From Fistulifera solaris (lineage: Eukaryota): DNA of 64,000 nt. Made by a program: the position numbers and the translations under genes. This document shows positions 1-11,575 of the stretch, one piece after another (the first letter of the stretch is position 1; every line of letters begins with the position of its first letter). The stretch is from the NCBI GenBank assembly GCA_030295235.1, contig AP026138.1:1-64000 (forward strand), read 5' to 3'. The notes beneath the pieces were generated by a model, which saw only the letters and a list, made by a program, of their open reading frames with translations, ran no database searches and had not been told where the DNA came from.

Positions 1-311
1 AACCCTAACTCCTAACCCTAACCCTAACTCCTAACCCTAACCCTAACCCCTAACCCTAACCCTAACCCTAACCCTAACCCTAACCCTAACCCTAACCCTA
101 ACCCTAACCCTAACCCTAACCCTAACCCTAACCCTAACCCTAACCCTAACCCTAACCCTAACCCTAACCCTAACCCTAACCCTAACCCCTAACCCTAACC
201 CTAACCCTAACCCTAACCCTAACCCTAACCCTAACCCTAACCCTAACCCTAACCCTAACCCTAACCCTAACCCTAACCCTAACCCTAACCCTAACCCTAA
301 CCCTAACCCTA
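1..311. repeat. Telomeric repeat tract (CCCTAA)n / (TTAGGG)n
   Basis: Continuous CCCTAA array from base 1, with a few variants (CTCCTAA twice near the start, CCCCTAA twice); abrupt junction to unique sequence at ~312. Confidence 0.99.
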
Positions 312-2200
312 GTAAATCACTAAGTGCTTTCTTGCTTATTACGACTAATATAATTCACACTTCAATCTTCTCAGCTAGTTCAAGTTTTCAAAGCGTTGAA
401 CTGTAGTAATTGTTGTACATAATCCCGAAAGATATCCACAGTTGTTGCAGTCAATCGGCCATTATCTGTGCAGAATTTGTTATTTCTGGTCTTGAGAATT
501 TACTATAGCGATTGAGTTACCTAGACCCGTGGAATTCACTGATTTTCGCACTGTCGAAAATCATTTTATGTCGCAGGGTGTTTGATGACACGTGTCAGTC
601 TTGTCCGTATCGGAATTCTTTTTTCAAAACGACAACAATCAACCATGACATCGGAGGCCGTCATTTACTTCATTCGACATTTACTTTTGATAATATAAAG
701 ACACTGCTGTCAAATACTATTTATTCCTACGAGGCTCTACGATGAAGCGCGTGGATTCATGCGAAACCGATTGCGCAGCGGGCTTTCAAAGTACAAGTCG
801 TATTTTCCGTCGAAAACAACGGACGATCCAAGGCGTTTCGGTGCCATATCGAAGAACACTTGATAAACTCGGCTCATATGTAACTACAGCTATTTAAGGT
901 CGACTGCTGACTTGTTATGATTGATCAAAACAGTGCGTTTGAAAGTCAAAGAAAGAGAATCAAAGGTACGTTCGTTGACCAACCGAAAATTTCGATTCTT
1001 CAAATGCAAGCATTAGAGACGCGATTTCAGCACAGAAATTGTACAATAACTTTAACATGAATTTATTTAAAGCTGTGAATGGCAGTTTGCTTGTCAAATC
1101 GTAGCGGATTCGTAGATTTGGATATTCGAAAGTCGGTCGTCAAATTCAACAAAATCGATAAAGTCGAAAGCGTATCATTTTGCGCTCGCTTATCGTTCTC
1201 ATTGTATCGATAATCAAACGATTGTTCCAATACAATTGCGAAATAGTCAATTCACGCGTCGTAGCTACCGCTTTAGCTATTCGTATTTCGACTTTTCAAA
1301 AACTATTCATCACAAAATATAGACAAATTATCATCCTACTTCTTCTACTTTCGCTCCTAAGGCAATTACAAAAGCCGACACCTAACTGCACCTTTCGCCT
1401 TGTCAAAGGACCGTTCTACCGGGCCGTCCCCTTAGCAGCGGACGTGCGTAAGAAGAGGTGTTCCCCCATCCTTGACTCCTACCCGTTGCAAAACCTAACG
1501 ATTGCATCTAAGCTGCGTAGAACTAACCCTAGTACTAAGTTGGGGTTTGGGAGATCCTGCTGCTGCGCGGCTCTTTCCCCTCTCCCCAAACACCCAAGTT
1601 ACTATGGTTAGTAATTGCTCAAGGGGGTGAAAAGATGGAACCCGATGAAACAACACGCCGGGCGATTCTTTTACCAAGCAAACAATACAAACGATATAGA
1701 ATAGCTACTAACAAAGGAATAGAAGAACGGTTGCGTGAAAAGAAAGCTAAGTATGAATTAACAGCTATATTATTACTGGAATGCCGACGTCGAAAGACAC
1801 GGCCTTTCTTCTTTCGTGGCGCGGAATCGTGTCTATCAGTATTCGACGCCGCCCCGAGCTGATCATCGACAATAAATGTAATATAAGGTCGTGACATCAA
1901 TGCGGAGATACGAAGCTGTGGTAAGACAGTCTTGAGGTCGATTTCCTGCATCGCTGAAGCCGACGCAGCAGTCTCATTCTTCGATGGCGCGCACTGCTGC
2001 ACTGTTCGACTTAATAGTCTTCCCGCCGCCTATAAGTCCCTAACAAGAGTCAATTAAACACGTTAGTAAAAGGTTTAAAGTCGACTTTAAAAGAAGCGAG
2101 CTAGGCATCATTGTTGATGCCATTGCATCGCAGTCGACGACACTTCGAGGTCGAAAAAGAAAAATAATGTTCGTTGATTTTGCGCGTGCGGTGCGGCGAA

Positions 2201-2390
2201 CGGAGAGGGGGTCACTACATTAACTCTTACAGCACCTGTTGGTGGTCGGACACGGATCAAAGGGGGTCACTACACAAAAGCGGATAGCTTCAATCAGCGT
2301 GGTCCGACGTGGGAAATCTACTGAGGGGGTCATTACACAAATACTGATAGTGGATACGGGAGTCAGTCGCAAGAAAGGGGGGTCATGACG
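2201..2390 (+). repeat. Subtelomeric degenerate ~55-63 bp tandem repeat with AGGGGGTCA core
   Basis: AGGGGG(G)TCA at 2206, 2261, 2324 and 2376, mostly followed by CTACA/TTACA and separated by GTGGTC(C/G)GAC-like segments. Confidence 0.75.
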
Positions 2391-3024
2391 TCATCACTCT
2401 CAAAAACACGCGATACAAGAGAAAAAGAAGCAGCAAGATCGACCATGGCGGTCCACCGCGATGTCATCGTGTAAAAATGCAAAGTAGTCAAAAGTGCTTC
2501 TTTTTTCGCTAAACTTGACGTGTAACCTAATAATAAAATATGAATGATTGTGGCGGAAAGAAAAAGCGCTAAACAGGTTTAAAGACTACAATAATGAGAT
2601 ACGAAGTTGCGTCCGGAGCAAGCCCTCTTGTCGCCGAAAACTCTTATTTCTCGCTTTCAAATGATCCAATCGACAATATCAATGTAAATAACAATTATTT
2701 CTGATAAACGAAACAGTATCAGCGGCCTCAAATCCGCAAAAACACCGCAAGGAACCGAGAAAATAGCGTCCGCAGGTCAAAATCCGACACAAGAAAGAGC
2801 ATTGAAGTCTTTCATTCAATTTCGTTCGCTGAGTATTCCAACGGTGCCTGCGGCGCCCGTGGCACCTGCAATATAAAGAAACAAAGTAGTTAGAAAAAGA
2901 ACTATAGAAAAGATTAGAAACTCACCAAGTTATCGATGTCGACAACATTGCATTGCAATGGTGATTTTTTATTTTGTTGCAAAGCAAAAATGCGTCGAAA
3001 GTGCAGTTGTTGAGTGGAAGTCTT

Positions 3025-3147
3025 AGGGGGTCACTACTTTGAATTTGTATAGTGCAGAATTTTTGTTGCTGCGTCTGTTTTGGTCGGAGAAGACGGAAGG
3101 GGGTCAAAAACGTGAAGAAGGGGGTCAGAGAAGGGGGTCACCTACAC
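3025..3147 (+). repeat. Second cluster of AGGGGGTCA motifs
   Basis: Exact AGGGGGTCA at 3025, 3098, 3119 and 3132. Confidence 0.75.
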
Positions 3148-3210
3148 TCTAGCCCATACAAAAGTCCTAATCCTTAGGCCGACGGCCGGAGGTAGTGTTT
3201 TGCACTTTGA

Positions 3211-3270
3211 TTTACTATAGCCCCAAAGTGAAGGCGACCTTTTGTCATGACTGGATTGAGTCATGAGTCA
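3211..3270 (+). repeat. Dispersed ~55 bp dyad element (TTTACTATAGCCCCAAAGTG..CATGACT-N6-AGTCATGAGTC)
   Basis: Colinear similarity to copies at 60066, 63283, 63501 and 63718. Confidence 0.7.
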
Positions 3271-3764
3271 CTTCGTTTTCTTCTTTGCAAGGGATTTTAA
3301 GTTCTTGCATCCGCGATGAAAGCCCTCTTGCTACCGTAATTCTTTTGGAGTTAATTTGATTTAATGTTTCATCTACTTTGTTCCTCTCATGATCGAACGG
3401 ACCGATACTTATAGATCCACGAAGGAAAGACAGATGATGTCTGATGTCGTACCACCAATGTCGCGTGTGTGTGTGTCAACTAGGCTCCAACGGGCGATGC
3501 CAGACCCTCCGAAGAGTCGGGAGTCGGGAGCGGGCTTGTCCGATCGACTCACTTTTCCGCCGTCATCACAGGCGACAGCAACAGTCTACGATTTACTGTA
3601 AATGGAAGCGAAGCGACGCTACACATCAACTCATACTCCGTCTACTTTTGCGATCTCCCACCATAAAAAAAAAAGCAAACGACACTTCATTGCTTTTGAA
3701 ATAAGACATGCTTATCTTTTCTCCTTCGCAATCTTACATTTTACCACAAATATAACTCTAATTA

Positions 3765-5867
3765 ATGACAAGCTTAGCATCGGACCCTCCGGTGTGGGAA
3801 TTTGACGAAATTGCAGCGTCTACTTGGTTAATGAAAACGTTGCGCGAAGCTTACAAAGTCGTTGTAGGGGATGCCTCTGCAGAAACGGCGTCGAACGAAA
3901 ACCTTGATCTGTGGCATAAAAATATAGTATCTTCGGCTCAGGCAATTAAATTTTCAGCAGTGCATCAAGGAACTGATGGAGAAGATGACGATGATGCTCC
4001 ACCAGCAAAAAGAAGAAAGCAAATGTTTCTCGACGATCCCTGTCATGTCTGGTGGATATCAAAATACACGGAGAAACCGGCGGAACCAGAGGAAAACGAA
4101 GATGACTTACCCGCGGAGCTGGGTGGACGACTCGCTCAATTCACTCCTGGTGCATGGTTGAATGCAATGGCAGCAGCGCCAGTCGTTCGAAAATCACATC
4201 CGTCGTCGAAATTAGTTCAGGAAGGAGCAACGGCATCTGGTGTCTCTCTTGCCTTGCCTTCGAACAGACCGGCGGAAATTGAAAAATACATGTCGGAAAT
4301 CTGGGAAGTCGCGCAGGGGATTTATCGGTTGGTACAGGCAACGGTTCAAAAGACATTTGGCGTACAACGCCCTATCGAATTCAGCAACGTCTGGCTCCGG
4401 AAGTACCAGCTCAAGAGTTCGCGTCGATCCGAAAACGAATTTACGATACTGTTATTTTAGGAAAAGGGTTACACGTAAATGACGAAGAAGATGATACCGC
4501 CGTCGCTATCGGCTCGCAAGTTCACGAGAGCGAAAAGTATAAAAAGTGTCCGAATTGTGGAAATATGGATCAGTCGTCGTTTGCGTTGGACCAAAAAATG
4601 GCGATATTATCTGCTCGAATTGCGGAGTCGTCGTTTCGGAGTCATTGATGCATGAAGGGTCGGCGTACCGTAAATTTGAAGGCGAAGAAGATCGAAATCA
4701 CCATGGCGATGCACCCAATTCTCTTTTCTCAAATGCGCGCAATTTATCGACGAGTTTGTCCGGAATAGCTCCGACCAGCGGTATTGGGGGTTACAAAGGA
4801 GGCGGTGGGAGTCTTGAAACTATTTTACGCAATACGCATGCATATACAGAGCTCAATGTTAGTCAGTACGGAAAAACAGACCGTCGAACGCGTGAGGGAT
4901 ACAAAGATCGGCAAAAGAAGGAAGCTTTCAATCAAATGACTCATACTGGCGATGCTTTGAACTTGCACGAAGCTGTTGTTCGGCGTGCGAAAGAGTTATT
5001 TGCAGGATTTCGTGATGATCGTGAATTGGTGCAGCAATTCAAAGGCGTGTTGGCAGCTTGTTTGTGCGAAGCGTTCGAGCAACTAGCTGCCGAAGGTTCG
5101 AACGGTATGCTTGTGAAAGGTGTTGGTTCTTCCGCTGTTAATTTGGCAATCGACGAGCTCGATGAATCTCAGCTTACTGGTCGAGCAGCTAGACGAAATC
5201 AACTCCACAAAGTAACGCTAGCTGGAAAAGGTGGATTACAAGTTGATTTTAGCAGCATCGAAGAAAAGGAGCAACGATTGGGAAAACCGGTCGCGCAGTG
5301 GAATTTGGAAGATTGTCGATCGTGGCTTTTACAAGCTTCGAGAAAGATTGCACAACAATGGGTTGAAGAACGGCAAGCCGCTCCTGCTTCCAAGCGTAAT
5401 CAATGGCCCGAGGGTTCTCTGGAAGAGTTGGAAGGCCAACTTGTCGAGCACTCGATTACATTATGTGAGCACTTAGAAGAAGAACTTAAATCACGCAACA
5501 AAGGCGACGCAAAATGCGCACAGTTACACCTCGGATCAATGACATGTCCAAGCTGGGTATTAAATGGCAGCACAAGCACGAGCGCGGTTCTGGTGGAAAA
5601 GGTGGACTCGGAGGGAGCGGTCCGCAGGCAGCGAACGGGACTGGGTCGGAGCGGACGGCTGGCCAAACCTTGCTGCGACAAAATGCGAAAAAAATGGCAA
5701 TGATCATAAAAGACCAACGAGCAGCGGAAGCATTGCACAAAGAGCTTCGGTGGGAAGTAGGAAAGGAGGAAGAGCTGAAACGAAAACAGATTCATGAACA
5801 AGCATCTCGTCAAAGACTGAATCAAATGCAGCGTAAACGATGGTTGCAAGCCAAAGTACAAGGGTAA
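3765..5867 (+). CDS. TFIIB-related protein (Zn ribbon plus cyclin-like fold), interrupted by frameshifts
   Basis: Joining frames gives CPNCG...GDIICSNCGVVVSESLMHEGSAYRKF (TFIIB zinc ribbon/B-reader-like) and MTHTGDALNLHEAVVRRAKELF...LAACL (cyclin-repeat-like). Frameshifts near ~4370, at the A run 4593-4598 and near ~5510. Confidence 0.75.
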
Positions 5868-6022
5868 ACTGTTGATCCAATACATAGTATGAACGTTTGT
5901 CAAAGACAAAAAAAAGTATTACTGTAATGGGGGGAAATATCAAAATTTATAAAAATTCAAATTAAAAGGTTCCCCGAAAATACATCAAAATAGAAGTTCA
6001 CTATGTGGTCGCCTGAGTCCTT

Positions 6023-7596
6023 CTACGGTGCTCCTTCCTGTCCTAACCGCTTTTTGTGTCGGCGCTCTTCCAATTCCGCAAGCGCTTTCATGTCGATATC
6101 ATCATCGGGCGAAGCCACGAGTGCGTTAGCGTGATAGCTCATGTCCAAGCCCACGAGCTCTTCCAAACTATCGGATCGTAGCCATCCCATGTAATTGAGC
6201 CACAAAAAGAAGGGAGACATGACTCCGATTGGCCATCCGATAACAAAAAGCATCGCCAAAAGTTGATTGCCCAAAAGCGTAGCGTCGGCCTCCCCACGGC
6301 CGAGGGAGTAAAACCATCCGACGTGGTCCGAGGAACCAAACGCCGCTGACATGCGGGCCGGCGAAGTAAACAGACCCGTCGCGATCAAACCCCACACACC
6401 ATTAAACAAATGAACAGGAATAGCATCTACCGCATCATCAATCTTCCATCTTATGAGCAAAGCGGACCCACCAATGTAGATCCAACCGGCCGCCATTCCA
6501 ATTAGACACGCGGCCCACGGTTCAATCGTGGCACAGGGAGCTGTGATAGCTACAAGGCCACTCAATAGTCCATTCATGGCCATCGTGAGACTAAACGATA
6601 GATCGCCCGTTCGTCGTTCTTCCAAGTACAGGTTGGTGAACATCGCGGTGATAGCCCCCGAAGCTGCCGATAGAGATGTGTTGATGGCGGCAAGAGCCGC
6701 GATGGAACCAGCGTTCTCCACGCCCAACAATAACGCAGAACCCGGATTGAATCCATACCCTATCATTGGTAGCGATGAGAGTGTGTTAGTATAGGCGCAC
6801 GATACACATTGTATGTGAGAACTCTTGCAACTTACATCCGAACCACAACACCATAGTACCCATGAGCTGCAACGCGACCGAATGCCCGGGAAAATCCTTC
6901 GGAACAGCTAAGGGCGCTCCTTTGGCATCGTAAAAACGACCTTTGCGAGCCCCTAATATTTTTGCGGCAATAAGCGCCGTCATTCCTCCTGTTGCGTGCA
7001 CGACACCACTACCCGCAAAATCGATTACACCAACTCCTCCGATTGGATTGGGTTGGGTAGCACTGAGAAACCCGTAAGAGCTCCAGATAGCACGAGCAGA
7101 GACGGGATACACAAAACCTGTCAAAAACAAACTATACATCAAATATGCGGTCATCTGGCAACGTTCCGCTAAGGTGCCGGCCACAATTGTGACGGCTGTT
7201 GCCGAGAAAGCGAACTGAAAGAACCAAAAGCCGGATTGACATCACCCATGTACAAAAGCTGCCCGATCCGATGTACGACGTATCACCGGAACCAGGCTCA
7301 CCAAAGGTAAAAGCAAAGCCTGTGACATACCAAGCCAAAGCAGCTCCACACGCATCCAACAAGTTCTTGAGCATCGTGTTTTGCACGTTCTTTTTTCGCA
7401 CACAACCGGCGCAAAGCATCGCAAATCCGGCTTGCATAAAGAAGACTAGCGCACCGGTTAACACGAGCAGCCAGGAATGTGTATTGGAGATTGACGCTTG
7501 TGCCTCGGCCTGCAACTGGTCGGTGATGCACTGCAACACTGCATCCGTCTCGCCATCGTATTCGATAGCGCAGCTCTGATAAAGCGTGTGACTCAT
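6023..7596 (-). CDS. AMT1: Ammonium transporter (AMT1 family), copy A
   Basis: FFMQAGFAMLCAG, KNLLD, DFAGSGVVH, WYGFNPGS and DDAVDAIPVH motifs; intron 6760-6835; frameshift(s) at ~7230-7260 relative to copy B. Confidence 0.95.
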
Positions 7597-8594
7597 GATT
7601 TCAAAGGCACGGAATGATTCGAATTGTTAGCAATGAGAGTGTCTCGCAAGCTATTTTCTTTTCGTCTTTCGGTGGGAGGGTTTCGCCGTTGTGAAGCAAT
7701 AAATAACAGAAAGAGAAAACGTCGCAAAGCCTCCGCCTTCCTCACATCGCATGATGATTGTGAAAGTGACTTTTTTCATCTTCTCGGAAAACGCTCGGAA
7801 GTTTGACAAGCATGGTCATTCGTTTTTATTGATTATTGTTTGGGCGTTTTCTCCTTTCGCAAACATGATGCATTACGTAATGTCGTATCGTCGTACCTGT
7901 ATCGTGTTGTTTCAACAAGTACATAGGGCCAGAATCGTTACATCATTCAGTACAGTACAGTAGTAGTTTTTTAATTATGACCTTACTTTCTCTCTATGTC
8001 CGCTGTGTACTTGAAAGGAGACATCATCATGAAAAACGTCCGACGTTACAAAACCACGATCAAAAATCAAAACCCGTGCGGGTGCGGAGTGCGGACGACG
8101 GTTTGGGACTCGGGACTCGGGACTCATGGCAACGCGCTCGATCATGCGTGTATCTCTCGTCGTCGCAATTTCGTTCAAAACAAATATTGTTGCAAAAGTA
8201 ATAAATAGTTTAAATAAGAATGTTGACCAATAGCATTATAATAGCACTGCCGTTGAAGCGCGATATCTCCGAGAAGCGACAGTGTGATGAGTTAAACATT
8301 ATACTAGCACATCAATGAGTTTCACACATGCCGTTCAGCGGACGAGATCATCGATCGATCACGAGCGAAAATAAAGAGAACTTTCGATCAGCTATAACCA
8401 GTACTGGACGGTACAACTCTTAGGAGGGGATATAATTACATCGGAATGTATTTACCGGTCGCTACTTCGTAATTTCGTATTTTCAATCCTTTCGTTCAAC
8501 GGTTTCTATATAGCTTAGTTTGCGTTTTCTATTCTTCGTTGTTTACCCCCGCCAAATTGCATTGCCGGGTATTATATCTTTATGTAGGTTCCAT

Positions 8595-10262
8595 TTAGGG
8601 AGCTCCTTCTTGTCCGGTGCGCTTTTTGTGCTTTCGTTCCTCCAATTCCGCCAGCGCTTTCTCGTCAACATCGTCGTCACGCAGAACAGCTGGTGCGTTC
8701 ACATGATACGCCATATCCAGACCCACCAACTCTTCCAGCGTATCCGATCGTAACCATTTCATATAGTTCAACCAGAGGAAGAAAGGGGTAATTGTTCCTA
8801 TAGGCCATGCGAGCAGAAATAAAACAGCCAGGATCTGATTTCCCAAAAGTGTCGCGTCGAATTCTCCCCGTCCAAGCGAGTAAAACCAGCCGACATGATC
8901 CGAAGAACCAAATGCTGTGAGCATGCGAGTCGGGGCCGTCAATAACCCGGTGGCGATCATTCCCCAAATTCCATTAAATAGATGGACTGGAATCGCATCC
9001 ACAGCGTCATCAATTCTCCATCGGATGAGCAAAGACGACCCAGCAATGTAAATCCAGCCAGCTGTCATTCCGATCAGACCAGCCGCCCAGGGTTCAATAA
9101 TGGCACAAGAGGCTGTGACAGCTACGAGACCACTCAACAGACCGTTCATAGCCATGGTTAGGTTGAAGGACAAGCCCCCGGTTCGTCGCTCTTCAAGGTA
9201 CAATTCGGTGAACATTGCCGTGATGGCCCCCGAAGCACCCGAGATCGATGTATTGATGGCAGCCAGAGCGGCAATGGGACCAGAATTTTCCACTCCAAGC
9301 AGTAACGCAGATCCTGGATTAAATCCATACCCTTTGCAATGTAAACGTGTAAGAATCGGCACCCAAAAGGTTTGATGAAGTGGAGCGAACAAAGAAACTT
9401 ACAGCCGAACCACAGCATCATCGTCCCCATGAGTTGTAAAGCGATCGAATGTCCGGGGAAATCTTTTGGTTTAGACAATGGCGACCCTTTGGAGTCATAG
9501 AATCGACCTTTTCGAGCACCCAATATTTTCGCAGCAATCAGAGCTGTCATTCCTCCGGTAATATGAACGACACCGCTGCCAGCAAAATCAATGGCGCCGA
9601 CCCCTCCAACTGCGTCGGGCTGCTTGGCGCTCAGGAATCCATACGAGCTCCACATGGCACGCGCCGATATGGGATAGACGAACCCGGTCAAGAACAAGCT
9701 GTAGAGCAGATAAGCGGTCATCTGACAGCGTTCCGCCAATGTTCCGGCTACAATCGTAACAGCCGTTGCTGAAAAGGCGTATTGGAAAAACCAGTAGGCA
9801 GCATCGACATCTCCAATGTACAAAAAGCCGCCAGTGCCGATAAACGAAGTATCGCCTGACCCAGGTTGACCAAAGGCGAAAGCGTAACCGGTCGTATACC
9901 AAGCCAAAGCAGCTCCACAAGCGTCGAGTAAGTTCTTGAGCATTGTATTTTGTACGTTTTTCTTGCGCACACAACCTTAAAATGTGTTGAAGAGCAAAGG
10001 AGTCTTTGTGTGAGACGCTCCTATTGAAAGAGCAAAACGCTATTGGAATACTCATGACCGATTTTAACTTACCGGCACAGAGGACTGCAAAGCCAGCTTG
10101 CATGAAGAAAAGTAGCGCGCCCGACAAGACAAGAAGCCATGTATGAGTGTCTAAAGCGGCTTTTTGGGTCTCGGCCTGCAATTTATCGGTAATGCATTGT
10201 AGAACGGCATCGGTCTCGCCTTCGTAAAGGATGGCGCAGCTTGCGTAAAACGAATTGCTCAT
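8595..10262 (-). CDS. AMT1: Ammonium transporter (AMT1 family), copy B, tandem paralogue of A
   Basis: Same AMT motifs; GT-AG introns 9976-10072 and 9332-9402; start MSNSFYASC; C-terminus nearly identical to copy A (KALAELEER..GQEGAP). Confidence 0.96.
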
Positions 10263-11575
10263 TCTTTCTCTATAATCTATGTTATGAACAATGTTTCGTA
10301 ACAAGAAGCTCTCGACAGCTTTCAGAGGAAGTTGCAAATGAGAATGAAAATACAAAGCCAAATCCGACCAGACTTTATGAAAGCGGATCGATCAACGCAA
10401 TACGCAGTGCTGCGTTTGGGAAAAGGCGCGAGGCTTTTTGTCCTCCGATCTCCGATCTCGATCCTGGACCATCGGAAATGTTGCAATAAATGTCACGTAT
10501 GAAAATGACGAGAAAATGATGCATCATTTTATGTGGCTTGGTTGCGAAGTATTAAGATGTCCCTGCCGGACACTTGTTCTTCCGAATGTCTCCTTCGTAC
10601 AATCTTTCAAAGTGTACAATGACTTCTACTCCGTGCAGTTTTCGATTTGGGCCTATGGCAGTCGGATGTCTGACTTCTGGCTTTTCACTCTTTGTATGCT
10701 TTCAAATGAAGTCTGTTGCAGTTTAGTATTAAGTCGTTTAGTCTGTAATGACCGATGAAAATAATTATAGACTAAAAACTAGTTAAAGGGAACTCGGAAT
10801 TCATGATTCAGGATTCAGGACCCTCGACCCTCGACCCTCGAGCCTCAAGCCACAAGCAATCATCAACAATCATCATCCCTGGAGTATTCCATACCCGGCA
10901 GTTCGTGATTATAAATAATGAAAAACGCAAATGTTGTACCAATAAACCCCAATCAATTGATTTCGTGTACCTATTTACGCCTTTCGCTTTTCACTATCTT
11001 TTCGTGCAGCAAACTGACAACTGGAAAGCATCCAACCCTCTTAGTTTTTCGACTGATCTTCGTGTCGATTCCGATCCACATTTTTGCCTTTGTTCTAAGG
11101 CCAAAGCTGAGCCGGCTTAAAGCATTCTAGCCTTGCGACAAGTCCCTTACGATATTGTTTGCCGGCTAGGGCAGCTAACCATCAAAATACGTGGCCGGCC
11201 ACTGACCACTTCTATCGAACTTCGCAAACACGAACAAATGACAAATCAGGCCCAGATGTGAGAAGCCTACCTCAGACACAATAAAGCTATAAGTACTCGT
11301 TAAAAAACACTGATCGTTCGATGACGTTTTGGGTCACTGAAACATGTTAAGTACAGTACCAGTAGTCTACCCCGTACCCGTACAGTACAGCACGAGGCAC
11401 GGAGAAACAACGCGGTCATTTTCATGTCCAGTATCATTCAGCCTCACTCATCCTTCGAAAGAATCGAACATCGAACGCAACAATAAACCCATTACAACGC
11501 AAACACAAGCACTCCAAACACAGCATCAACGAAAACGTCCAGTGTAGAGGACTGCAGTTACTTTCAACAATAGTC

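Noticed and set aside
512..1300. Subtelomeric ORFs / retroelement coding remnants
   Set aside because: Short non-ATG frames without RT, endonuclease or helicase motifs
1619..2002. Decayed integrase fragment (EIDL..RPYITFIVDD)
   Set aside because: Only a faint resemblance to the first-Asp region of DDE integrases; no further motifs, no LTRs and no ATG start
2695..2725. Hammerhead ribozyme (CTGATAAACGAAAC)
   Set aside because: Core is CTGATAA rather than CTGANGA, and stems II/III cannot be formed convincingly
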